Of a stretch of 64,000 nucleotides of DNA, positions 1 through 12,792 are shown in pieces. Each line of letters starts with the position of its first letter. Positions within the stretch are counted from its first letter, which is position 1. Both the position numbers and the translations under genes were made by a program. Source of the DNA: Saprolegnia diclina VS20 (lineage: Eukaryota). The stretch covers positions 288,255-352,254 of the forward strand of contig NW_008246116.1 in assembly GCF_000281045.1 (NCBI RefSeq). The letters are read 5' to 3'. Below the pieces are notes generated by a model. That model saw nothing but the letters and a program-made list of their open reading frames with translations. It was not told the DNA's origin and did no database searches.

Positions 1-1494
1 TGCGCTGATTTAGAGTCTTTTCTCTTGGTGCTTGAGCACAGGGGCTCGGTCGGTCGGCTTCACATGCGTACGTCTCGACAGCAGTTGATGCCATTGCCTG
101 TGGTAAAATAGACTTGGATGCGACACAGCTCTACGTGAAAACGAGAATTTAGCGCGTTGTGCTGCGTGTTGTTGCAGATTAATGTCTGTGGTTTCCTGAG
201 TTGGTTGTTGTTGAAGTGGGTCGAAAGACGAGGTGCTGGTTGCCAAAAGAGCTTTTGCGTCCACGCAACTGGATAGGGAGGTTGGATCGCACTTGATGAG
301 TCCTGAGGTTGGCCGCATCGCCTCCTGCGATACTCTGTGAAGGAAGGAAGTGCTATCCCTGACAAGCCGTGCTCCCATCTTGCGTCCGATCCAGCCAAGG
401 TGATGGCGCAACATGCCGAATTCAAACCACTATTTTCGGCATCAATATGGGACGTTCCGAAATACGCGCTTCGGATTGGTGGTATTATAGTCGTCCCAGA
501 CAAATGACATGGCGAACACAAATCGCTTTGCATCAAAATTATCATAGCTACAATCAACGGGACTCCTAGGTAGAATTAACTCATTAGTAGGTAAAGTCTT
601 ACCTGTGAAATTTTACATTTCACAAAATAGACGTGATGAAAACACAGAGTATGATACCACTGAGTTATACTTCTCTGTAAGGCAGATCGGGGTGATTTCC
701 GTGGAGCCACTTTCTGAATTTTACCTACTAATGAGAATTCTCCCACCAATGCATTTACTTCAACCCAGCCCTCACTCCTTCTCCCACCTCGTAAACAAAG
801 AGACGTACCGTCGACTTGCAAATAAAGAACTCCCCAACCCAGCTCTGTGCTAACGTTGATCGAAGCACGAGCAACGCGGCATCAACGATAGAACTCTACA
901 GCGTTCGGTCTGTCCCTCGCTGACCCGAAAAAGGCAACTCATTCACAGCGGTGTGCAACTCAATAAAATAAGCAAGCTACTGGGGGTGACTGCATCGTTC
1001 TAGCGCTAACCTTAGCGCTACTTGGGATGCGATGGTACGCACTGAGCAACTCACGAAGAAATTTGGCGCTCACTCGATCATACGTCAGCTGAATCAACGA
1101 CGAGATGACTTCAGAGAACTGATGGTGCTGTTATTCGTATCAACCCTCGCAGCCTCGTCGATACTATAAGCATATCAGCGACGAGATGCCATCGTCTTCC
1201 TTCTATTTTCAACGAATGTTAGCCGCCGCCACCATCACTCGCCACGCTACCAAGGCCATGTTGTCGGTCGAATCGTCACAGGACCTGTAGTGGCTTTGGG
1301 CGGCTGGCACTGAATTTACCGTACGCCACACAGATTTCCGCAATTCCAACTGCCACGACAATAAAAACATTGGAAAGCATACATTTTCTAGTTGATTTTA
1401 TAATTTTGCCTCCTTCCGGGAAAAGCCGCTGTGGTAAACGCCACATGGTGGCGCAATTTCAGCGCACGCGTGAGGGCAGACTAGCAATTCACGC

Positions 1495-3198
1495 ATGGTG
1501 CTGCCGCTGCCACCCGACTTCTTCGAGTGCCCGCCACTGGCGCCGCACGAGACGTCGGCGCTGCTCGCGCTCGCCCAGACCATCTGCCAGGAGACTGTGC
1601 AGAACGCGCTGGTCCTGGACGCGCAGCCCATCTGGGCAACGATCGCCAACCCAACGACGCGCCGCCGGGCCCGGGTACGCCGCCGCCGCCAACGACCATG
1701 ATGGCTCATGCGATGCGTAGCTGCGGCGCGGCCACGACAGCGTAGACGCAGCGCGCGATGCGATGAGCTGCTACACACAGGTTCGCGCGACGCTCGAGGA
1801 CGTGGCCAATGTCTTCCACTGTCGCTCGACGCTGGAGCTGCGGACGTTTGGCCGCGTCCTTGGCAAGAGCATCCTCGACAAAGTCAACTTGTACACACTC
1901 GTGGACCGGCCGGTCGCGCGCGGCAAGGTGCCACACCCACTGCACTACGTGGGCGTCGAATGGGCCGCGATCGACGCGCCGCTCGGCTTTGCGACCCGCG
2001 ACCTCTGCTACCTCGAGGTAGACAGCGTGCATCCTCGTCGTCCATGACTCATGGACGATGTTGCAGGCGCACGACGAGTTTGAATTTGTCGACACGCGCA
2101 ACCGCAAGCGCCGGGGCTGGGTTCGAGCGATTCACTCGATCGAGAACGACGCATGTCCCTCGCTGCACAAGGCCCACGGGCTCGTGCGCGCTTCCATCTA
2201 CCGCGTAGGCTTCTCGCATCTTCATCCTGAGAAGATGCTCATGCTGTTGCTGTTTCGATAGTCGGGCCATGTCTTTATCGAGTCGGAAAGCAATCCCGAG
2301 ATGCTCGACTACTACAACGTGATCGTGGCCGACCCGCGCGGGCAGTTTGTACCGCGCTCCGTGACCCAGCGCTGCATGAAGGCCCACGTCAGCCAGGTAT
2401 TTTTCGCATTTTTGAAATGCTATCTCACAATTTGCGAAACAGGCGCTGAATCTGGAAGAACACTTGTTCATTTTGCGTCTCCATGCCGAGAGCCAAACGA
2501 CCAACACGAGCATGTCGTGGAACACGGCTGTGACCTCCTCCATCAAGTCGACTGCGTTTTGCGCCTGCTGCGACGCCAAGTTTGGCCTCTTCCTCGGGCG
2601 CAGGACGTGCGACCAGTGCAATCGAATGGTCTGCAAGGCGTGCTCGGGGCGCTGGACGAAAGCGACCGGCGCCAAGCCCGTGACTGTCTGCATCTGCAAG
2701 CTCTGTTCCAAACGCCTTGGCGACCCAGAGCCCGTGCCATTGGGGAATGTGACCCAAGCGCTGCCGGCCGCGACGCAGTACAACCTCCGGTCGACGCGGG
2801 TGCCGGCGCCCCGCAGGCCGCCAGTGGCGCGCAAGCCGGTACCAGCGCCGTCGGACGATGGCGGCAACGACTCGGACGTCATCATGCTCTGGGACGACGG
2901 CCAAGCGTCCAAGCGCGATGGCACATTTACGTTCTTGTCGTCGTCCACGTCGCTCCACCATACGCTGCGGTCGAATGCGTCCGGGTACCAGAGCACGTTT
3001 TGCTCGTACCAGTACTCGGACGACGGCGCGCCACGCGTGGTCAAGACGGTCGTGGCACCGCAAAGCACCGTGGACGTCGATGCAACGCTGCCTCTCGTGT
3101 CGCCAGCCCACTCGGACTATAGTGAGGTGTTTGATGCCGTCTTGGAGTTTGTCACAGCGCACGAACTCGAGCAAGCAAGGACCCGGAGCGTGCCATAG
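1495..3198 (+). CDS. START-like lipid-binding domain plus degenerate FYVE-type zinc finger protein (4 introns)
   Basis: Starts MVLPLPPDFFECPPL; START-like motifs YVGVEWAAIDAPLGFATRDLCYLE and RGWVRAIHSIENDACP; C-terminal CACC...CDQC...CKAC...CKLC finger; GT-AG introns join ORFs 1495, 1763, 2058, 2301 and 2464. Confidence 0.8.
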
Positions 3199-3611
3199 GA
3201 ATTAGTATACGCAGTCGTGATAAGTTAAAAATATCGGTCGCCATGTATTATGTATTCGTCGTGAGTTGGAACGTTGATAGCGATGGCTCATATGATCGGT
3301 CATTGTCGGTATCGACGCGCTTGAAACTCAAAACTCAACCTCAAAATTCCATTGCTGCGGATGCTAAGCCCTCCATCGTCATAATTGTCGATGCTTCATC
3401 CATTCGAACGGTCTTGGACGCGACTATGAACCCAGCATCTCGCCGTCTCGCCATCACTGGGCCACACGCCGATAAACCACACTATTTTATAGGGATCAAC
3501 ACTATTGTCGAAGTATCAGTTTACTATTTCATTTGTAAACACTATTTCACGTCGGAAAGGTAAAAGTGGCATCTGCCGCGCCACAGTAGTGCGTGCACTT
3601 TTTATTTGCAA

Positions 3612-4531
3612 ATGAGTTGGAGTCCCGCTGCGAAGGGCCTCGCGAGTTTGCCGTTTGTGGCCGTCGCGGGCTGGGCCGGCCTCGTGCAGCTCGAGCGCTC
3701 CAAGGCCAACCACCCGCCGCGCGGCTATGCGTTTATCACGGGCTCGATGGACGACATGGTTATGGACACGTTGCAGACCGGCGACCTCGTCTTCTTCAAG
3801 CGCAACTGCGCATACCTTCCGGTCTAGCATGGATGCGATGCGTAGTCTCATGCTTCCTTTGCTTTGTAGCCAAAGGATGGGCTGAGTTGCTTCTTATCGT
3901 CGCGTGTCGAGGCGTGGCAGGCGCGCTACAACCACGTTGGCTTTATCCTTGTCGACCGGCTCGGCGAAAAGTTCATTGTTGAAGAGACGTACGCCGGCGT
4001 CAAGTGCCGGCCGTACAGCGCCCGCATCCTCACGTCGCTCTCGACTGAGATTGTCGTCGTGCCACTCAAAGTCAAGGTACGGTCTTCCGATGCTTGGACG
4101 TGAAACGGACTTTGGTGCAGCGGACGATCGCAATGCAGCAAGCTGCCAACCAGTTCGTGCAAGAAAATGTCAACCGGCCTTCGCGCTTTACACTGCAGCA
4201 CGTACTCGAACAGCTCTCGTCGTCGTCGACGTCGGGCAGCTCGCCCGTTCATCCGTCGGCCGGTGCGTAGTCGCCGTTGGGCGGGATGATGGATGGTGCT
4301 AAATGTGTAGGACTCGTCGCCGAGGTGTACGCACGCATGGGTCTCTTGCCAGCGCAGACGACGCCAGGCTACCTTCACCCCTCGTCGGCCACGATCAAGG
4401 TCCGTCGCCCACATCTTCTCGGATGCCCGCTCAGGACGATGTGACATTTCTAGGACTGGAGTGCGTACCGCCGCGTGCAGCTGCTGCAAGACGCCGAGCT
4501 GAGTCAAATGCTCCCGATTCGCCTCTTGTAA
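3612..4531 (+). CDS. Permuted papain-like (NlpC/P60, YaeF/YiiX-like) protein with N-terminal hydrophobic segment; probably catalytically altered
   Basis: Spliced reading gives LQTGDLVFF...YNHVGFI...PSAGLVAEVYARMGLL, matching the GD..F / HVG / CSELVA.Y order of permuted papain-like amidases; stop TAA at 4529-4531. Confidence 0.6.
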
Positions 4532-4611
4532 TAGCCGCCATCGATAGTCGGTGAGAAAAAATAGCAGAAAAATGCATTGCTACCGACCTCAACTACTCGA
4601 TGTACCATTGT

Positions 4612-6024
4612 TCAAACATCGACTTCGGCGCTAGGACGTCGGGTGGCTTGGCGCGCCACCGCCTCTACGACGGTGGTGCCAGTAGACGGTGCGCTCAGGT
4701 CAAGCGCCACAAAGCCGTGTCCGACCGACGCGTCTGGCACCGGCGCTGGCGGCGACGAGGCGACCGATGCACGTTCTCGAATCGACGCCATCGATTTGTT
4801 GGAGCGGAGCGAGCGCACGGACGAGACGTCGGACGCGCAATCGTCGACGTCGGGGCTCGTGGCATATGTTGATGCACTCGTCGAGGTCGTCGATCCCTTC
4901 CGTGCTGGCCCGACAGGAAAACCCGCCGCTACTCTGGCCTGCAAGACGCACTCGGTGCAATATTTGCCCGTCACGGCTTGAGACGCACAGGCCGGGACGT
5001 ATACGATCTTGGTCGTACACCCACTGCACATGATCTATAGACAATTCTGTACAAAGATATCCCGAAAAGCATGGCAGATACCTCGCCGCAGAGGCGGCAG
5101 TGGTGCTTGGATCGCAGCGCGTTGAAGCGCTTGCCGCAGACCACACACGCCTTGCGATCACTAGGAAACCAACATCGTTGTCAATACGGGAAGCACATCC
5201 GGAAGGCGTACGCATCGGGCACCCAGGACGACGCTGGCGGCCGGGTGACAATGCGGCGGTACGCCGGCAGGGTCGCGGTGCGGAGAAGCATTTGACGGAC
5301 CTTGGCGGCGCCAAAGTTGAGCAAGATCGACGAGCTGTTGGGGTCCATAAACCATCGACAGGTCACGTCCACGTCGCCGCGCGGGCTCGCCGTGTAGACA
5401 AAGCTCGCCAGCATCGTGGCCCGCGTTGTGCCTTTGGCTTCGGGCACCGCGGGAAGCGCCACCGACTCCCGCAGCACGTACAAGACGCGCGCACCGTGCT
5501 CGTTGAGGCGGGTGCCCGAGTGCTACAACCTTGCGTGTGCACAACCTGTCATTGGACACTGGATGTCGCACCTCGACGTACGTGAGGTCGCGCGGCGCCG
5601 AGGACATGGCAATGTTGAACTTGAGGTACTTGAGCCCGAGAAACGCACTCGCGTCGTCCTTTCGCCGCGCCTCGAGGACCGAGAGCACGCCGGCATTGGC
5701 AAAGTCGTGCTCGAGCAAGATCGAGTCGAGAATTTTCTGGTCGTTGCTTGTATCGGCATACAAGGCGTCAACAAGACTCGAGAACGTCGTGGGGAGCGCG
5801 CCCACTGCAAGGTACTGGGCCACGGACGAGCCGGACATCGGCTTGGCGTAGACCTTGAGGCCGAGCCGGTCGTCCTCGAGGCTCCAGCCGCTGGTCGCAA
5901 TTTCTCGCTTGACGTCAAACTGGAGGGCTTTCGCGCAGCGCAGAGCGGCATTCTCTCGGTACGCCGACGCGTCCGCGGTCGAGACGAGGACGGTCGGCAC
6001 AACGTGCTCGTCCAAAATCTCCAT
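4612..6024 (-). CDS. START-like domain plus FYVE zinc finger protein
   Basis: FLGLKYLKF...PRDLTYVE START-like motifs; after splicing WVPDADRKACVVCGKRFNALRSKHHCRLCGE...CSGC...YCTEC, a FYVE signature. Confidence 0.82.
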
Positions 6025-6966
6025 TTGTGTTCTCGTGCAAAAGCTATAAACAGGTTGTCAAACGATGCCACGAACGGCGCCAACGCTTTTGATTGGCCAA
6101 AACAATATATTGACGGCAAGCAAAATCAGACTGCGTCGATGGCAGAGGATCCAGGCAGAGATACCCGTGCGAAAGCCAGCTCCATGCGATGGATATCGGT
6201 CCAATTATGCACAGTTATTAGAGCTAGGTATGCGTGTATGCCTCTTTGATTTGCCTCTTTGCTAGGTAGAGAGCGTCGACTTCAAGAGGGCAACCGGCGT
6301 CGAGCCAATGGCATGACGCATATCGCGCTGTTGTTGGATGGTGCACGGACAAGCGAATCTCAATCTGAGTTTGTATCCACCCCATGAAAGCACGCGGTTG
6401 CACTTGGTGGGCGTAACATGGCCGCCACGTGGACGGCGCCAAGTTGATTTTTGAGTTAAGTTCGACTGGACGCGGCTTTCTATTGTCGGTTGCGAGGGTT
6501 TGCTGTGGGTTCCCGAGACGTACCCTCGCAAGACTCGAGTGTCGTTGCGTCGGAGCCTTTATCACCGCCGGCAGCCTTTGTACGTGGCAGAAACGACCAT
6601 TCGCTGCTCGATGGCGTTATCCCGAAGTCGGTGCAGACATGTCCCAGTGCCCTCGTTCGCTCCTCACGCTCACACGAGCAAGTGCGTTTGCACCGATCCT
6701 ATGCATTACTGTATATACGCACCGCAGTTCACGTCATGGACTGTGAATTCCCTTCAGTATGCATGATGTTCGATGCATCCAAGCTGCTCTCGTCCTCGAG
6801 TCGTCAAGTTCATTTCGGTGTAAAGTTCAAGATTTGCACCCGAACTTTGTCGGTTGGGTACAGCATCTGCTCGCTACAACTTGATATTTGTATGGCGCCC
6901 TTTCTAAGCTGTTGTGGGCAGAGACCCCGTCGAAATTACCAATTTGCGTCGCGTCCGCCGACAAGC

Positions 6967-8389
6967 ATGGGTCAGTTTGAACAAGTACCGATCGCGTCAC
7001 CCTCGGCGTCGCTCGTGATGAAGGCCGCGCAGAAGGACCTCGAGCGCGACCTCGCGCAGCGCAAGCTCGAGTGGGCCTGTGTCTTTTGCATCGTCTTTAT
7101 GATCGCCGAGTTCATTGGCGGCTACGTTGCGGGCAGCCTCGCCATCATGTCGGACGCCGCGCACCTCCTCAGCGACGTGCTCGGGTTCCTCCTCTCGCTC
7201 TTCGCCTTGTACCTCTCGAAATTTCCGGCCACGCGCGTCATGCCTTTTGGCTACAAGCGCGCCGAGGTCCTTGGCGCCCTTGGGAGCATCCTCCTTATCT
7301 GGCTACTGACGCTCGGCCTCGTCTGGGCAGCGATCGAGCGCATCATCTTGCTCACGCGCACGCCGCTGCCCGGCGAGATCATTCCGCAGGTCAACGGCAA
7401 AGTCATGTTCTGCGTCGCGCTGCTCGGGCTCTGTGTGAACATTGCGCTCATGAAGATTCTTGGCCATGGCCACAGCCACGGCGGCCACGGCCATAGCCAC
7501 GGCAGCAGTAACCACGGTCATAGCCACGGTGGCAGCAATCCTGAACACAGTCACGGCGAGAGCCACGCAGCGACCGAGGCCCACGGACACAGCCACGGTG
7601 CCTGCGACCACGACCACGATCATCACCACGATCACGAGGACGCCCACGATGACGCTGCCGCGCATGAGCATCACGACCACGACCACGATCATGATCACGC
7701 CAAGGGAGACGACGACGATGACGCGTCCACGTCACGCGAGTCGATGACAGCGATCGACGTCGACGACGAGCCCGAGCCCGAGACGCACTTGACGGCGGCG
7801 TCGTGCGGCGGCCACGAAAATCTCAACGTCCGCGCTGCGTACTTGCACGCGCTCGGCGACTTTCTGCAGAGCCTTGGCGTGTGCATTGCGGGCGGTCTCA
7901 TCTGGTACGTTCTCATCTTCCACAACTTGACACCGTAAAATCCATTTTGACCGTAGGTACAACCCGTCGTGGCAGCTCTGCGACCCGATCGTGACGCTGC
8001 TCTTCTCGGTCATTGTGGGCGCGACGACCATTGGCATTTGCAAAACGAGCCTCCTCGTGCTCATGGAGGGCACGTCGATCGAGCTTGGTACGATAATGTT
8101 ATTATCTGTTGGCCTTTCTCACTTTGCACTTTTAGATTTGGCGGGAATCGAAGCCACGATTCAGTCCGTGGCGACTGACTACCACGACCTCCGCGTGTGG
8201 TCTGTCTCGACCGGCGCGTATGCGCTCACGGTGCACGTTGTGAACCCGTCCTCGACGACGGTGGTGGCGACACTCCAGCAGCGTCTGCTGTCACTGCACG
8301 GCTTTGAATGTCTCTCGATCCAAGTCGAGACGGCGGCCGACGCCGAGCGGTGCCCGTTCAACGAGAAGGAAGCCGCGTGCATGGTCTAG
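6967..8389 (+). CDS. Cation diffusion facilitator (ZnT/SLC30-type zinc transporter) with His-rich loop; start may be 6892
   Basis: SLAIMSDAAHLLSD, FGYKRAEVLGAL, NLNVRAAYLHALGD, DPIVT and HDLRVWS motifs; HD/HD metal site; two introns near 7906 and 8087. Confidence 0.93.
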
Positions 8390-8462
8390 CACCAACCAGT
8401 GACTATCATTACTAGAGTTAGGACCTCCCATAAACATGCTATTCCACAAAATGTGTCGTCGT

Positions 8463-9043
8463 CTACGGTCCTCTCCGCGCTTCGAGGCATGCATCACAAA
8501 GGTCAGACGGAGGGATCGCCGCCGCCGCAGATAGAAGCGTATCGCCACGAGCCACGATGCCAGTAAATCCACCGACAAGCGCGCCTTGAAGCAGCAGCCA
8601 CCGTGGCGTGGCACCGCCAAGCACTAGACATGATGAGATCCCAAGACAAATGCAATGAGCGTACGTGCGACCGTCGCGGCAACACCTGTGGCAGCGCCAC
8701 CGACTGCGCTCGCCGTTATCTCTCGCAAGAAGGTGTTGGCCTCGGGCGACGCAAACGCTCGCTCCATCGGCGTGTCGTCCAAGATCATAGGCTGTGTCTC
8801 GGTCGTGTTGGCATAGACGCGGCCGCCGATGGCAGAGGCCATTGTGCCGCTAAGCGTCGAGACCCAACGCACGCGCGTGGGCAGCGATCGGGCGACTAGA
8901 CGAGTGCGTCGGTCATCCTTAAAGTCCTGCAAGAGCACCGTACCGGCAAGGCTGTAGTAGCTGAGGCCACCCGCGACTGCGGCAGCGGCCGTGTACACCC
9001 GCTGGCGCACCTGTGTCTCACTTATGCGCGCAGTCTCGTCCAT
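8463..9043 (-). CDS. Hypothetical small membrane protein with Gly/Ala-rich hydrophobic helices
   Basis: ORF 8624-9127 with coding-type codon bias; an intron (GTACGC...TCTAG) extends it to TAG at 8463-8465; the start is uncertain. Confidence 0.5.
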
Positions 9044-9169
9044 CTCGTCGTTTTGCAACAAGTTTAGTGTGCTGATTGTGGGGCGTCGGCATATGGTGTG
9101 ACCCTGCATGCTCATCCTCCAACACAACGTCGAGGGTGGACGCTAGAATCGACGGTGTCTATTGATGTC

Positions 9170-9573
9170 TTACTCTTTGCCTGCCTGCTTGGCGTGCTGC
9201 CTACGACGCATGCATGAGATGTTTGCCAATGTAGATCAAGGATGTGTACAGCTTGCGGAACTGCTTGCGGAGCTCCGAGGTCGCGCTGAGGTCGTTGATG
9301 CGCTCGAGCGCCTTGTTGTCCGCATAGAGGTAGCCCGAGATGCTGCCAATGACAGCAGACCCGAGGATCGTCGCAATCTGGTACGGGCGCGGGAAGCGGC
9401 CCACAACTACGGATCAGAACTTAGGTGGGGCACGAGACATGAGATGCACAGAGCGTACACGTGACGCTGGAGCTGACAATGGCGCCGCCGGCAGCGCCCA
9501 GCGCGCTGTACTCGCGCAGGTCCTTCTCGCGTTGGTCGCACCACGCCTTCTCCTCCAAGCTCAGCGCCGCCAT
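9170..9573 (-). CDS. Hypothetical small two-helix membrane protein (OCIA-like layout)
   Basis: Spliced MAALSLEEKAW...YSALGAAGGAIVSSSVT / GRFPRPYQIATILGSAVIGSISGYLYADNKALERINDLSATSELRKQFRKL / QHAKQAGKE*; strong coding bias. Confidence 0.6.
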
Positions 9574-10103
9574 ACCTTGGTCGTTCTGAAATTGCACTTT
9601 CTGCACCACGAGCACGTAAATAGTGTACGAAGCAAAACGAGCGGACGTCGACATCGTGTTCGTACGCGTTCATCTCGGCGCAATGGCTGTACCAACAAGA
9701 AAACGCCACCTTGATACAAACGCAACGAGCACGATCGATCGCTCACTCGCCTCCTTGGCTCTTGCTACGTACCATTCTCCGAAACTCGTATTCGACACTA
9801 TTTCTATATATATAAAATAGTGTGGAAATGAACACGACGGCGGTCCTTGCTTTCCCACTGAGAGCTTTGGCCAAGGGAATTCCCTTGCTGGCTTGGCCCG
9901 TGCTGACCGACTGAGTACAAAGTCATGCAGCTAATACCAGAGAGGGCTGAGCAGTCCCTTGCTTGTAGTGCTGCCCTTCGCATGCCTCGCCACAAGACTT
10001 TATCACTTACCAAACACAAATTTCGGGAAAAGGTTGTGCATTCACAAAGTCACGGGTCCGTTTCGACCAACTTAATGGCGTACGTCGACCGCCACTGCGC
10101 TGC

Positions 10104-12792
10104 TTAGTTGCTCGCCTCAAACTGCGTCGCGCGGATCATCTCCTTGAAGTTGAACGGGTGGAACTTGTTGCCGTCCGCCTTGTAAAACTTGTTTTGGAAC
10201 TCGACCCAGTGGAGACGGAGCGCGTGGAGGAAGCACTCGAGCACGTCCATGCAGAGGATGACGCCAAACGTCGTGCCGGCAAAGAGCGCAAAGCCCACGA
10301 AGATCGCAATGAACGAGTCCATGTTGATGGTCGACAGCATCGCCTTTTCGAAAAAAACCGTCGCGAGCTCTACACATTGCCACACATATCAGCCAAACCT
10401 ACGGTACAAATCCACAAAAAAACACAAAATTACCCGAGTGGGCCAGCGAGAGCGCCCAGAGACGCAGGTACGACGCCGTGTTGGACACCATACCGAGCAC
10501 GAACTCGATGGTTTCAATGCCTTGGTGGATCGCCGCTTCGCCAAAGTTGAACGGCTCATCGCCATGGCCGTGGCCGTGGCCGCCGTGGGCCGCGGGCGCA
10601 AGCTTGGCGTGGTCGTCGTCGTCACTGAGGTTGTCAAAGTCGACCTGGTGCGACACTTCCGGGGCTGGGCTGCCGAACTTGAACTTCATGTAGAGCGGGT
10701 GGCAGAGAAGCATGATCGGCACCGACAAGCCCGCAAACGCAAGGAGCGTCTGCTGCATCTTCTTCTGGCCTTCGTACATCGGGTCGGCGACGGCACCGGG
10801 CTGGAGCGCAATATTGATGAGCGTGTTGATGAGCGCGGGCGGGCGGCAGCCAGTGGCCGGGCCTTCAAAGTTGAACGGGCACACCTCGTGGCTCATGCGC
10901 TCGGTCCAGTCAATGCTCCACTTCATGACGATGAGCACGACCATGTAGAAGAAGAGCGACGCGGCAAAGACGAGCTGCGGCAAGAAATCAAAAAAGAACG
11001 TCGGGTAGTCCTTGAAGTAGAGCGCGTTCCAGCCCTTGATGAGGATACCAAAGCCCATCTGCGTGATACCGAGAATGACACTGAGCTTCATCTTGAACGA
11101 GTTGAAGAAGAGAAGCTCGTTCTCCGACGTCTTCCAGATCGGGTCGAGACCAAACCCATAGACGTTGTGGCCGTTGGCGACGTCGACCGTCCCGTTGGGC
11201 ACGCCGTCGTAGTGGTAGTACGCTTCGCACTTTTCGTGCTTGAGACCGAGCTCGTCGCAGTTGTCGGGGTACTGCCACTTGGAGCCAAAGAGGTTGAGCG
11301 GCAGCGAGAAGAAGTCATTGTAGACAAAGCCGGCGTACATGGCAAAGACACCCATGAGCGTGATCATGTAGCGACCGCCGTAAATCTGCGCCGTCATCTC
11401 GCCGACCTTGCCGCGCTCGAGGATCTTCTCGGTCGCAATCATGTACAAGCCAAAGAGGAAGATGCAAAAGCCGTGGCCAATGTCGCCGTACATGACGCCA
11501 AAGAGGAACGGGAACGAGACGGCCGTGAACACCGCAGGGTTGATCTCGCCGTACCGGGGCACACCGTACGTATCGACAAACGACTGGAACGCCGAGGTAA
11601 ACTTGTTGGTTTGAAAGTGCGTCGGCGCGACCGGCCACGGCTTGGGCACCGAGTCGACAAGCGACGGCATCGACTTGTCGTCGGCGTTGTGGGCGCGGTC
11701 GACCGCGCGACGGACCTGATCCAACGCTTCCTTAACGACCCAGCCTTCGCCGCGCAGCATGCTGCCCACGTCCGCCTTGAACGAGTTGAGCGTGTGGTAC
11801 GTGGCCTTCTCCTGGAGCACCGACCACTTCCACGACTCGTGGTGCTCGGCGAGCTCGCGGCAGAGAAGCACGCACGACTCGCGGTTGCGGCGGAGAATGT
11901 GCGAACTCTGGTTGAGCTCTGCGTTGTTGTTTTGGATCAAGTTGGCGATCGCGGTCCGGTCGTCCATCGACGGCAGCGTGTACAAGCGGGCGTGGAACGC
12001 GTCGCAGATCTTGCGGAGCTTCGTCTCGATAAACTGCGACTGGAAAAAGATCACAAACGCGTGCTTCTCGACCGCGACGCCGGTGCCCGGGTCGACGAGC
12101 AGCTCGTCAATAGCCGAGAAGCGCGTGAAGCAGTTGCCGCGCGTCGCACGGAACACCATGCGCTCAAACTTGAGGCGCTCGTCCGCGGGCACGACGCCCG
12201 TGATGTTCTTGAAGCGAATGGCCAAGTCCGTCTCGGACGCATCGATCGGCGAGCCGACGCCAAAGTTCATGCTGCTGCCCGTGCGCGAGCTGACGCGCGA
12301 CGTCGTGTCGCGGCGCGTCGCGTCCGGGAGCTCAATCTCAAAGAACTCGCCGACGCGCGAGATGATCTCCTGGAGCTCCTTGCGCTCGTTGTACTCGCGC
12401 GTAAGCTTCTCGTGCATCGAGTTGAGCTGGAGCAGCTCCTGCTCCTTGTCTTCGAGAATGCGCTCGAGCGTGTCGAGGGCGCGGACCGCCGTGTCTTGAC
12501 TGCCGTAGCGCACGTCCGCCGAGCCCGCGAGGAACGAGTCGACGCTGCCCGCGCTCTTGGCCGTGATCTTGAACTTGGTCATCTCGCCCGCGAAGAAGCG
12601 CAGCTTGCGGTCCATCTCGTCGCAGCGCTTGACGTACGAGACGTAGCGACGCTGGAAGGGCGTGAGCTCCGGGTTGAGATCCGTGAACTCGACGACGCCG
12701 AGGTCGCCGAGCTTCTGGACGCAGTCATGGGCCGCGTCCTCGTTGACGATCAAGGAGATGTACTCCATCTCTTCCGAGCGGAGCCACTTCAT
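10104..12792 (-). CDS. ATP6V0A: V-type proton ATPase V0 subunit a (116 kDa/Vph1 family)
   Basis: [56 protein letters not shown] (essential Arg), [16 protein letters not shown]; one intron near 10370-10433. Confidence 0.97.

Noticed and set aside
10..557. Minus-strand ORFs at the left edge
   Set aside because: They lack the coding codon bias and any recognisable motif; cannot be supported without more context.
5156..5215. In-frame TGA just before the FYVE finger suggesting selenocysteine or readthrough
   Set aside because: It lies inside a GT-AG intron whose removal gives WVPDADRKAC.
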